Shown here: positions 1-12,129 of the stretch, piece by piece
Position numbering within the stretch: the first letter of the stretch is position 1
How the letters are laid out: each line of letters opens with the position of its first letter
NCBI RefSeq assembly: GCF_037042905.1
Contig: NC_087251.1
Span: 9,550,001 to 9,614,000, forward strand
Direction of reading: 5' to 3'
Origin: Lytechinus pictus
Taxonomy: Eukaryota
DNA: 64,000 bases
Notes under the pieces: generated by a model
The model's database searches: none
Told to the model about the DNA's origin: nothing
Seen by the model: only the letters and a program-made list of their open reading frames with translations
Position numbers and translations under genes: made by a program

Positions 1-220
1 TCCGATGGGGTTGTGTTGGAAAAGGGTGACCTTGTGACCGCACCATGGCAATTATCCGCATTACTTTGGAAATGCGTTCATAAAGTCAAAATCTGGTCCC
101 GATGCCGCTATTATGCGGATAATTGCAGCATCGAAATATTGCGGATAACTCTGGTCCCGCTCCGATTTTACGACCAAATTATGCTCATATTATCCGCATA
201 ATTGGGTTTATGAAAGGGGT
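1..220. mobile_element. Right part of a non-autonomous DNA transposon cut by the window edge
   Basis: CpG-rich island in CpG-poor DNA. Repeated ATTATCCGCAT/ATGCGGATAAT and CTGGTCCCG motifs; ends GAAAGGGGT|ATT, a junction like that of the 21871-22345 element. Left end not visible. Confidence 0.6.
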
Positions 221-1968
221 ATTAATCATTGTGAATCATCCACTGCAAAATACTTTTCCTCTGGCTTGGATTTTCCTTCCCCATTTGTACCATTTGTAGT
301 CCATGGCATAAACCCTTTCAAACCCAGTTTGAGATGGAAAAACAAATGAATTATTACCATAACTTACAATGTAAGAAAAAAAATGATTGTTTCTCTTAGA
401 AAATATCTTGAACCCAAGCTCATTAGAGAAATAGTCAAAGGCATAGCAAATAAAAAAATAATTATCAGATATAGCAGAATAAAGACAAACAAAGGTCAGA
501 TTATGTTGAATAACACAGAGAACCAAGTTTATTCTTTCTTTCCCATTGTCTATTGAACAAGATTTTTAACCCCCAGTTTTCATGATTTTATGCCCTGCAT
601 CGAACCGGTGTATATCATAATAGATAAAATCTATTGCAAATAGTAACATTAGGCTTACAAAAACATCTTTGCATTACTCTTTTTACATGTAGACCAAAAA
701 CATCATCAATTCTTTTTATTCGATGAGTAAAAATATATGCTCGTTTCAATAAGTAGGCGTTGCCTCTAAACAGCATCTATATTTTGCCATGATGTGAATG
801 TATATCGATACATTGGAAGAACTGCTAATTTCATACATTTTACCATCTGCAAGGAGACAAAAGGTATTTCTCTTGACTTAAAAAGTTAACGCCCAACCGG
901 ATTCAAATAGACAAAATCAAACTTAGTACCTGAGAGTCAATGTGAAAGTTTTGTCATCTGATCATGATACAAACAGAAAACCTATCATTTGTGTAGACTA
1001 GACACCAAAGTCTTTATTTTAATCTAAATCTTTTTCATGCTGCGTGCAACACCCATTAAGAATACAAGAAATTTTTTTAGACAGAAAATAGAGGTAGTTC
1101 ATGATTTGACACCTAGTGATGTCTACTGCTCCCCTTTTCTACTCAGAAAAAAAAGATGCACCAGTCAGTACCCATAAAACATGTTTGGTTGAGGGATCCA
1201 AGGCATCTAAAAGTGTTATAGTTTGATGAGTGCTCAAGAACCTAGCCTTTACTGAACAGCTTAATCCTGTGATGTCAACTACTATCAGTTGAGCTCTCAA
1301 CATAGCCTTCCTTCTCTGGCTTCGGAACCAATCAGTCTCAAGGATTATCTGCCAGGTTGATCTCTCAAAAGAGACAACATCCTTGATGACAAGACCGCTG
1401 GAATAAGATCCTTTCATCTTCAGATGATGACATCCTTTGCAAATCATCCCCCAAGAAAATCTCTCCATTGAGCTAACCTTGTAAGCTACTGGCATTAGAT
1501 ACCCATCCAGTGTCCTTTCTTTAAGCTGCCATTGAAACCTTTCGTCCTGTGTTGTTTTCTCTTGCTTTGTGCTTCCAGGCTACAAACATATTGAATATAT
1601 AGTGCCCTCTATCTGCTGTTTAATGAAATGTTGCCATCACATGCATGATCTTGTTATGAGTGCACTTTTTGTGAAAGCTCCAAGGATAGTTTGCCAAGCA
1701 GTTTTACCCAAGATCTCACTGCTATTCATACATTGGTTGTGTAATTCATCCTTTGATTCAAGCAAGGCTGACACTCGATCAGGAATTCATACAAAAAGAG
1801 AATAACTGTACCTTCCATTACAGGTACAGCTCTCCAAATTGAATGATGTTGCCTCTAAACGATAGGCCTACCAAACAGTTTACTTTGTCTTGTTAATGTT
1901 GGTGCTGTATCAAACACTATAGCAACAGCTTGACATCATCAAGTTCTTAAGGAGAATGAAAGGTCTCA

Positions 1969-2091
1969 TCAGTAAGCAGCTAGTGATGGATCCTCTACCG
2001 GTGTCATAGGATTGATGCAGATTGACCTGAAAGAGCAAATGTTTGGATCGCTCAACAGCCTAGGTGGTACTCTGTTGTTAAGTGCAATGGT
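1969..2091 (-). CDS. Probable last coding exon (TIALNNRVPPRLLSDPNICSFRSICINPMTPVEDPSLAAY*)
   Basis: Strong acceptor CTTTTTCATTTATCTGCAG|ACC, open in phase 0 for 40 codons to TGA at 1971-1969. AATAAA signals follow on the minus strand near 1013, 716 and 528. Joining to exon 3 across 23 kb is inferred; extra internal exons cannot be excluded. Confidence 0.65.
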   Translation of the reverse strand, partial: TIALNNRVPPRLLSDPNICSFRSICINPMTPVEDPSLAAY

Positions 2092-3625
2092 CTGCAGATA
2101 AATGAAAAAGAAAATGAAAGATAACATTAGAATTCATGAAAAAAAACTATATCACACTATCAAAAAGAACTAAATGATACAAATATAATAAACTTCATTT
2201 GATATACTTCAATTTCATGATGGTACCCTGAAAAGTACTTTGATAAAATATGACACAACATTTAGACCATGGCCTTATAAATAAATGCCTAGTGATACGA
2301 CTATAAACTACTAGAGATTAAAAAAAAAGTGATGGCATAATGAAATTGAGTGCATACCACTCCCTGCAAGATTGTTTGATATTACTCCTGTTCAGTTTTA
2401 CCACGTAAATGAAGTTAACCTACTTTCTGATCACTTAACACCAACAGCCAGGCATTTAGTCGAGGCTTAACCTTTGTATGATTGGTTCAAGGTGGCCCAG
2501 ATGGTGTTTATATCACATCATCAATATAATTATATGTTTTTTGCAATTTGGTCTCAAATATAATAGAACAAACTTAATATGTTTGTAAATTAATGACAAA
2601 TTAGTAGCTAGCAGTAGTAGTAGCACAAAGGACTTATTACATGATTCTGAAGTACTATCAACATTAAGTTCTATATGTTGTAATAATCAATCGAAAGCTG
2701 TTGTCAATATGGTTTTCAAAGGCAGCCCATTCGCAGTATGATGAATGTTTATGCATAACATTTTCCCATTGTATTAGAAGGTTTGCCCTTTGTGTTTGTA
2801 ACAAAAAATTACATGTAGGATGAGGGTCAGAATGACAATAGGCAATCAATGTGAATCAAGACACTATGTTAGCATAGTAATAGCAAGGTCATTAGATGTA
2901 ATGTGACTGGACATTATATGGTATCCATGTTGTCCAGATAAAATAATGTCCAATCACAGGCATAGATCATGACACTGGCTTTTAGGGGTAAACACATCCA
3001 TCAGCTTACTCAAGCGCAATCAAACTATGAGAGCCGAATCTGTTTTGCATTATTAGCAAACATGTTATATGAATCAGATTTACTTAATTTCTAGTCATAC
3101 CCATTGGTTTCTGCAAGTACACAACAGCTAATTAATCAGGGAACCCTATCTAGTGCAATTGGAAAAGCAAGCCAGATTACATCAATGAAAAAGGCAGAGG
3201 AATTTACAGAGAAAACAGGCAAAAATAAAAGTGTATCACAATCAATATCTGATTTTAATTTCACTATTGCCTTGAGCATCATGGGCTCTGCAAAAAGGTT
3301 GGTAAAAATTGAGAAAAGAGTAATTTCAAAGATAAAGAGGAGTAGCAGAAGAAGACAGTGCTTTATAAAAGAGGTAGAGAGAGAGAGGATTGGGAGAGAA
3401 AATAATCACTTACATCTTTGAATATGATAATCTTGATAGATATAGAAACAGGATATTGAATATTAATTGCATCCTTCCTTGCTGTTCCAGTGAGAATATA
3501 TGTACAGTACATATAATTCAAGTATATTTTATTATACACGTAGTCACCATTCAAATGAAGTATATCAAACTCAATGTGTGACAATGTAGAAATAGATTAA
3601 TGTATACAGAGGATGATGGTATGAT

Positions 3626-3645
3626 CATAGAGCTATAGCTCCATG
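3626..3645. mobile_element. 20-bp palindromic mini-element or transposon footprint with 7-bp TSD
   Basis: GTATGAT-[CATAGAGCTATAGCTCCATG]-GTATGAT. Confidence 0.7.
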
Positions 3646-4670
3646 GTATGATCTCTATCTTTTTTCTTTTTCATTTTAGAAAGGAAATGAGTGAGTAGGC
3701 TAACATGAACTGAACATGTGCAGTATTTTGACCTAGCTTATGTGTAAATATCTGTACTGGTTCAAGCAAATTATTGTAATTATTATTTTTATCATTTAAC
3801 AAAAAAAAAATTTCAATGAATTTTATGGAAGTAGATTACATATTCAAATCTTGCATCGAATTCAAGGATATAATAAAGGAATTGATGACCACAAGCAATT
3901 CAAGAAAACTACAAAATATATGGAGCTACATTCCTTAAATCACTCTTGACTACACCGATAAAAGAAAAAATAAAGGAAAACAACTGCAAACAAGCCAAAG
4001 ATGTTTACATTTTCAGCTTACAAGCTAGAACAAGCTGCAGAGACAAGCAACATAATATATTCCACCAATTCAGACCAAGGGAGAGACACAGAACAATCGA
4101 TTGCAACAATAGGCCTAGATGTAATCATCATTTCTTTGTACATCCCAACAGAGCAAACAAGTCTATTTCAGTTCCTTCAGAGAATACCATCTCAAGTATG
4201 GTCCCAATAAATAATATGCCTTTCAAGGGCTATTAGTTGGACTATATGTAAAGAAAGAATCACTTCAAGTGCTGTTTGTTCCCTTCTCTGGTACTCTCTC
4301 AATTGCTTTCTGTTTTCATTTATAGACCAAATAAAGGCTCTGGTAATATAGCAGGAAAGACTATTTCTACCTAATGTACCTTGGCAGACTTTCAGGTATA
4401 GATGAATACACAACAGGCCTCAAGAGGATCTGAATACAAGAAGGGTGTTATGCATATGTATGGATTTAATCCCTTCTACTTCTCACATATTGACATACAT
4501 ATTTACTTAGAAAGGGTTGGCTAAAATGCCCGATAACAGAAAAAAGCAACCAAAAAATAATGGGCAATGATCTCTTATAGGGTGATTCCATAGTTTCGTA
4601 TGGGACATTTCAACAATTTCTAGTCTCTTAGCTGATTGCTTGAGCAATACAAATTATTTTTTTTTTTTAA

Positions 4671-4874
4671 AGTTATATTGGGTAGTAATGTGAAAAACTG
4701 ATTACCCCCAAAATGTATTGGATTATATCTAGGTGAATTATAGGTAAAAATGTTGTGTGTCGTACGAAACTCAGAAATAACCCGTACGATACGCAACATT
4801 TTCACCTCTAATTTACCCATGGAAAACATATTTTTGTTAGTTGTCATTTGTTAATATAACTACCCAGTAGTACT
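4671..4874. mobile_element. Palindromic MITE (AG...CT ends, TTAA/TTAT flanks; Kolobok-like)
   Basis: Inner 35-bp arms GGTGAATTATAGGTAAAAATGTTGTGTGTCGTACG / CGTACGATACGCAACATTTTCACCTCTAATTTACC; outer arms TATTGGGTAGT / ACTACCCAGTA. Confidence 0.65.
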
Positions 4875-5896
4875 TTATTATTACCACAAACGTATTGAAG
4901 TTCCTATGTGGTGTGCAGTGTATGTCAACTGCATGTTCCACACTATTATCAAATATGATTTTATGTTTAATTGAAATCTCCTCAGAACAGTCCAACATAC
5001 ATGTATATGCATGCTATTAATTCAACAATTTATATTAACAGATGCATACATATGGCAGCCAGAAGGTTGAATTTGGCATACATATATGATACTCCTAGGA
5101 GTCCTACTGTTCCATAATACTTTTTTGTCTGTTTATCCTATACCAAGTGAACTTTACAAACAACTTGTCATAATTATATACACAGTGATGTGTACATTTT
5201 TACATAGAAAATATTGAAATAGGATCAACCCCACCCCCCTCCCCCTTTACCAAAAAAGAAAAAAAAATCAATCCTCTTTAGGAATACTTCATAAGACAGG
5301 AACAACCTCCACCCCTGGCAAGAAATAAATTTCCTTTTTAACTACATGTATTCATGAATATAGGAACAATTCCTCCCACAAAATATTCTGGTTCTAGTAA
5401 GAACCGCATTCTAAAAAACAATTCTTACATAAAAAGCTAAATTACATAAAATCCCATTCAAAACCAAATTCTCTCTTTAACTTCATGTACTGGGGAACTT
5501 GTAAAGTTTCACAAACAGCAGGGCAAAAATACTTTGATCCCTAGTTTCATTGGAATACACCTTGCTGGGAAGATAATATTTACATTGCTCTCTTAGACTC
5601 TGATTACACCCCTCTCTGCCTCTCACCTGCCTTTTCATCTGTTACCATAGAACCAACTCATCAGGGACAAAGGGAACTGGTAGCTAGAGGATCCAGCTTT
5701 AACTACAGTCGTAATCCTATGTGCAAAATATATTTCAGTAGCTAATTTTCTCCCATTTGTTATCTTTTTGTTTTCCCTGCCTCCCCCCTTCTATCCCTTC
5801 CTCCTGTGCTTAACATTTTTCAATAAAAAGTCTGACTGACTAATGGTCCTTAAGATCAACAACATATGATATTATACAAATAATGCAAGTAAGCGC

Positions 5897-6136
5897 GTGC
5901 ATGCAGGGCCAAATAATGAACGGTGCGCGAGAAGAGCCAATGGATATACCGCATTGAGGTCCGCAGGACAGAGTGCAGTATATCTATTTGGCGAGTAGAG
6001 CACAGAGTTCATTATTTAGGTCCTCTATGCACAAGATAGCCTATAATCTAGGCGGAGGCTGCAGTTATTGTCTTTGCAGTTATGCTGAATGTAGGCGATA
6101 CGTCTGATCTGGCAAAGACTGCGCAGCCTCAATGCG
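5897..6136. repeat. CpG-rich imperfect inverted-repeat element
   Basis: 5897-6032 folds back (AAATAATGAAC/GTTCATTATTT, GGATATAC/GTATATCT, GTGCAT/ATGCAC). CGCATTGAGG near 5950 recurs inverted near 6127. Confidence 0.6.
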
Positions 6137-6240
6137 TTTGTTTTATACACCCCCCCTCCCCATATTACTGAGTTGCCCCGGATGCTACATTGAATCTACA
6201 TTCTACATAATTCCAGACCTCGCACTATCCTGCACTATAG

Positions 6241-6415
6241 TTAGCCCAAATGGTATATGGACTAAATGGCTATTGGACCAACGGGTAAACGAAATGGCGA
6301 GTGGACGGAATGGCAATTAGACCATGAGGATATTAGACGAACTGATGGTAGACCAAATGATAGTAGACGAGTTGGCATATGGACGAATTGGCATCGGACC
6401 AAATGAAAATAAACC
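6241..6415. repeat. Degenerate ~15-bp tandem array (GACCAAATGGCA-type), probably the subterminal part of a MITE
   Basis: About 11 units such as TAGACCAAATGATAG, TGGACGAATTGGCA and CGGACCAAATGAAA, ending AAATAAACC. Confidence 0.65.
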
Positions 6416-9400
6416 AACTCGAGGACCATGATACTTGGTCAAACATTATCATCCATGGGTCTATTCTATGTGTTTACACTGCTTGGCTCTCTTTTGGCAA
6501 TCAATTCTAATTCTATCATTGTAGTCCTGTGTCCAATGTGGTACATAAAGCCTCCATATATTAATCATCAAGCCCCAGGCTAAGGCAAATGTCTGAGACC
6601 TATCACCTATGGCATATTGTTGTTGTGTAGTTGTTATTATTTTTAAATGGCCAAAAGCACCTAGAACAAGAAAAATAATAGTTCAAACTTAAATGCAACT
6701 GAGGGCAAATTGACCTATGAAAAGGGGTAAATAGCCTGGAATATCCTCGCTCATTTTTATATTTCAAAAATGTGTAAGTCTTGTAGGGTATCAGTATCAT
6801 CACACAAGCAGAGAAGGCTTGTGAACAGGGGACCCTTAACTATATGTAAGCCTCTATGATATCAAAGTATCCCTATTTGGTAGTCAAGTGTTACCTAACA
6901 TGGTAGTTAAATGATAAATCTTTACAGAAATATGTTAATTATTGGTAAAGCATGGGATATACATGTGAGTAGGCTAGCAAGTTTATGTGTATAATATCCA
7001 CAATAGCAAAGAGAGAAAAAATTTTTTTCAGTGTTTCTTAAAATTGAATCGGTGATTATCAGACATATTTTGTGTGTCACAGCGAGGGGGGTAAGATGCA
7101 TCTCTCCCACTGGTTGCTGTAGAAAATAAAAATGCCTTAGAGGGGGCACATCTCCTTACCCCCCCCCCCCAACCTTCTCAAGGATTGCTGCACATGGCAC
7201 TTATGATTCCATTCTGAACAAGGTGACATGAAGAGGTACTACTGAATTAGAAACAGAAAAACAGGACTCATCATAATCCCTGAAGCACCTTTCAATTGGC
7301 AATGTGCCCACTTTGCCCTGGAGTATCTAGCAAAAAATACTTTGTGTTCAGCAGTATAAGACATCCACAGCTATACATGTAGGTCACATGTTTGAACTTA
7401 AAGGATGCAAGCTAGCTGTCAATGCTTATCTTTTTATAATGAAGCATGTATCATATTACAGACTGCAGTTAAAAACAAGATGAAATATCAAACCTTGAAT
7501 TACACATCTGTAAACATACCCTTCCATCAAAGGCATCCATTCAACAGAAGATGTGAAGGATTCAAGCCTTATCAGAATTGAAATTTATGAGTCCTAATAC
7601 AGTGCTCTTTTTTTTTAAATATGATATCGCTGTAGGTTCAGTCAATAAGGAATGAAATACAAAACAATAGTATTCAGGGTATTAATTTATCAAATATAAC
7701 TCATTTGCAAGTGTTCTTGGCATAGCATCAAGACAATAGGCCATAAAGATTTAGTTATTTCCTTTTAGGCTGGTAGGTTTGCAATCTATAAATGAAAGAA
7801 ACTAGTGGGTAATCACCTCCTTATACTTGGTTGGCAATGAAGACTGAAGAGATATATAAAACCTTGGTTTATAGACATGTTTACCAGTGGATGTACTTGA
7901 GAAGAGATCATCTTCCAATATCAAACATCAGCCAGGTAGGTTTAATTGATATCAAGGTACCTGTGTCTTCAGTCATCATCTTCTTCATTAAAGCTCCATT
8001 TCAGTTTTGATAAGACCTCTAACATGATGTGTTACTGTTACACATTGCAAAGTGGTGTTAAAACCACACCATTTCGTGTTCAGAGGACCACACTAAAGCA
8101 GTTTACACCTAAATCCATGGTGTTAAGTTAATCCAACGATCGGTGGAATGAGAAGATTATTTGGTGTAATGTTAAAGCTCATACATGGAGAATTTTAACA
8201 ACTCTCCTTAAATAAAATTCTAACATTGTCAGGTAAAATCAACATGCAAAATGCATTTTTTTAAACATTTTAGGTTTGCCTTTTTGTTTACTTGTTTTGT
8301 TTTTGCAATAACACACTTTTGCTTGTGGGACATTCATCAAATTAATAACTTCACATTACATTAAATCCCACAAAATTACATGAAAAGACTTGGGGAAACC
8401 ATCAAAATTAAATTACTACCAAGGAGCTTCGTAAATAATACCCTACTTAAGGACAGGCCCACATTTTACATTTTGTTGGGCAAATCCCTGGATTATTCAT
8501 TTGGTCTTCAATGCAAGCTCAGCACACATAATGACAAAGCTGAAAACACTTCTTTTTAACTAGTTAAGTATAGTATAGTGGATTGACTGGATACAATGAA
8601 TACCTTCTTTTTCTACCATCCTCAACTATCAGTACACAAACATGAAAAACCATAAAACGAGAAGAGATATCAGATCAAAATGGTAAACCTTGAAATGCAC
8701 TAAGAGTGTACTTTTGCTCTTAAGGTTTATCATTACTATTAAGAATCTTTACCCAGGAAGGAAAGGAAGAAGCTCAAACCTGGTGATAATTTCTTGGCTC
8801 AGCTAATCATATCCAAGGAACTTTACACCCTGATAAGTCAAACAAATCAGTCATTCCGGCCTGAGTGCCAGTTTCCAAGATACTAAGAATACATTAATAT
8901 CTTACGGCATTAAAGTGACAAACTGAAAACCTACATGTACATTCAGCATTAATGCCTGAATATCAGGTTAAAGATTATCAAATTTTTCACAGTTAAGACG
9001 GGTATGTCTTTGAAGTTCTTAAAAATAATTTATGATCTTTCTATCATTACACATTAACCTTATTACATATTGCTTGAAATGACCCACTATTTTAGGCCTG
9101 GATTGAAACATGTAATATATGCAGGAGGTGAGACAACATACATGACATTGAAGCATGATACATGTACATACATGTAATACAGTATGTACATACAGAGTGA
9201 ACAAATTACATGTTTGCTGGGGTATGGTTGCTTCGAGCCTGAAGGCACTCTTGTGAGCATCCTACATGTAGATCTACGCATTTGCATTTAGCGGGGAAAC
9301 GTATTGGTGGATAAAAATATTTTTCAATGTGCTTTCACAGGGGCACTTTTGAAACTGAGGGGAACTATTTTTTTGATATTTTAGGCAATCAATTTCCCTT

Positions 9401-11856
9401 AGCCCCTACTCCCTGATGACCTAATTGATCAATATGAACACACCCATACAGCCGGATCATGCAAGAACGTATCTACACCAGTATACTCATTGTTTGCAGG
9501 GAAGGATAGAGGTTTCATGCCAATGCAAGGAAACAAAGGGATCGTAGACAACCTACTGACGTAGCTACAAAGATCACCGTCAAGCATCGATCAACCATGA
9601 ACTAAGATCAATAAAATAAAATACAGTTTGTATGTAGGCCCTACATATTCAAATACTAAAATGAAATTTTGTACAGTAGTGATTGGTCTCCAACTTTCAA
9701 TGTAACATAATTTCCATTATACAGTGGTAACATATTTTCAATATTTCATATTCACCACTTTGGGATATGACAGACTGTAATATAATGCTTTAATAAAGCA
9801 ACTCATAGGCCTCTGACTACAACATCACGTCATGGACAAATGCAATTTCATGCCCTTACTTTTAATAGTACAGAAAAAAAAGACATGAACAGCTACATGT
9901 ACATGTACAAATACGCTGACATGAAGGGCTTACATCATTATACAGAAATGCCACATGAATAGCTCTAAGTCGACATACATGTAGGGCTTACATTATAATA
10001 TTGATTTGGGGCTTCAAGTCAACAGACAAAATTATAGGAATTGTAGGAATTTCATGTTCAAAGCAGTAGTGCTTATATTGAAACAGAAGTCAACATAAAT
10101 ATTTCATTTTTTATAATTTTTTTTTTCTCAAATAAATGCCTTAAAAAGTGATTTCACCAAAATTGAACAAGTCCAATAGATTTCTAAAAAGAAGAATTTA
10201 ACTTCTTGCCTACTAGAACCCATTGGGTTTTTTTATCCAAACTAGGCATACTTCCACACTGACTCTCCCACCAGCCACAAGGATAAACAACAAAAGAACA
10301 TATGGGAACTCAATCTCATTTACTTTGTTCCAAAGATTTAAATGTCCTTTTTATGCAAAAAAGGGGAGCGAAACTCTGGCAGCTGCCAGATATTACACGC
10401 ACGACAAAAACATATTAGTACCACTTAACCACTGATGGTTTGCAGACAAAGTTTCTTGAATAAAATATTCCTCAGCAAGAGCCATGAGGAACTAATAGAA
10501 TTTACAAAGTCATTCATAGCCCCACGTGGCACCGCAGGGTTGCCCTTTTGTAAATTTTTGTCCTTTCTTTTGTGAAGAGGCGAGCCCCTATGCTTTCCAG
10601 CAGTGCCTTTCTCGCTAGAGCCTATTAGCATTTTATCAAACCTGTCCAGCCAGCGACAAAAGGCTATTAGTAATTAGACTGGTCAAGCAGACCCCAACAT
10701 CTTGGAATTCGTAAGGACAGAGGGAGTAGAATTAGCTCATTTTGGCTTCTTATTACAACAAAAACAATTTCAAGATACAATGAACTAATTCATCCAATAC
10801 ACTGAAAATAAGTTTAATGCAGTCTTGGATAAAAGAAATGAAAAAGTGGTACATCTGCTGCTGATGATAGACCTTCATGTACTAGTTTACTACTACTGCT
10901 TCTACTTCTACCATATATGCTACTACTACTAGTATTACTATGGTCACAAACTGGATTTCTTGAACATTTACATATGGAAATGGTTTATTGCATATTCATA
11001 CATCTAATTTCAACATTGCAATCATAAAAATTAGTTTTGTACCAGAGAATTGATAAAGGAATAAAATGCACATAATAGAATACTGACTCGTAACAAACTG
11101 CTCCTGGGAAAGCAGAATTGTTAAAGACAGGGTAAATTCTCCTTTTTTCAATTGAATTCAGCAGGGAAAACATGATTAAATGCAAATAACCAAAGTTTTC
11201 CTACATTGCATTGACTCAGTCCTGTGTAGTAGTCTGTTTTATGCAGTGGAATTACAAGGTTTGGAAAATTAGACTAGCTAACCCTGGGGTGGAGATTCCA
11301 CCTGTATGCAAATCAGGATTGGCTTGACACACAGAAAGAGAGAGAGAGGCGGAGCTGTCAAGTCATGGTAGTTCACCTCCTCACTTCGCTTGCCAATATA
11401 GGCCTATTAATTTTGACCAGGCTACACCCAGAATTTGAAGACAAAATTGTGATACACTGTCCATTATAATAATGGCAGAGACCCCATCATAATTTATCAC
11501 ACACAGAGCCTGAAATCACACAGATTTCATGCTCAATTTTATACACAAAAAGCTTTACATTAGTTGCACAAAATTAATTATACTGCCTGGATTCAGTGGA
11601 TTACGGGAAATAAGAATCAATAATTCAGATCTGTTACTTTGGAATGAGTCATATTTGTGACAAAACGATTCAATGAAGATTATTTTGCTTTTATTACCTT
11701 TTTTCTAATAAGTACATAATTAAAAAGCAATTTTGCAGGCGACATATTGCGTCACTACAATAGAGCACTGATCTCATTCCTCTGGTTGCATTACGATCAA
11801 CAGAAAGCATTATTTCTAATGACCAAGGTTTTCTTGTATCATTATCAACAGCATAC

Positions 11857-12129
11857 CAGTGTGAGGCTTTGATGAGGGGGGAGCTGTACCCCCCCCCCCA
11901 AGAAAAAAAAATCACAAAAAAAGGTTTGTATAGTCATTTGCAAAAAAAATTAAGATCAAATTCATGTTAATATTTGTCTAATAAATAGCCTGCTACATTA
12001 TCACACACAATTCATTTTTAAATGTTGATGGGGGGGATTTAATGTGCTTTGCTCGGTTACAACTTTCCCTTATATAATGCATTATATCAAAGATTGAGCC
12101 CTTCATAATTTTGCCTCATTATGCTACTC
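11857..12129. mobile_element. Decayed hAT-like G/C-run MITE
   Basis: Starts CAGTG, then G-run, C-run and A-run; ends ATTATGCTACTC, resembling a deaminated TACGCTACTG terminus. No clear TSD. Confidence 0.35.

Noticed and set aside
1139..1805. 118-aa and 78-aa ORFs
   Set aside because: Lie in the presumed 3' UTR, with no domain similarity or splice support.
7955..8010. Purine-rich minus-strand stretch ending in CAG|GTACCT
   Set aside because: Donor-like, but no clear acceptor or supported frame.
10340..10682. GC-richer intronic segment as a discrete transposon
   Set aside because: Probably an old repeat, but no matching TIR pair or TSD could be defined.
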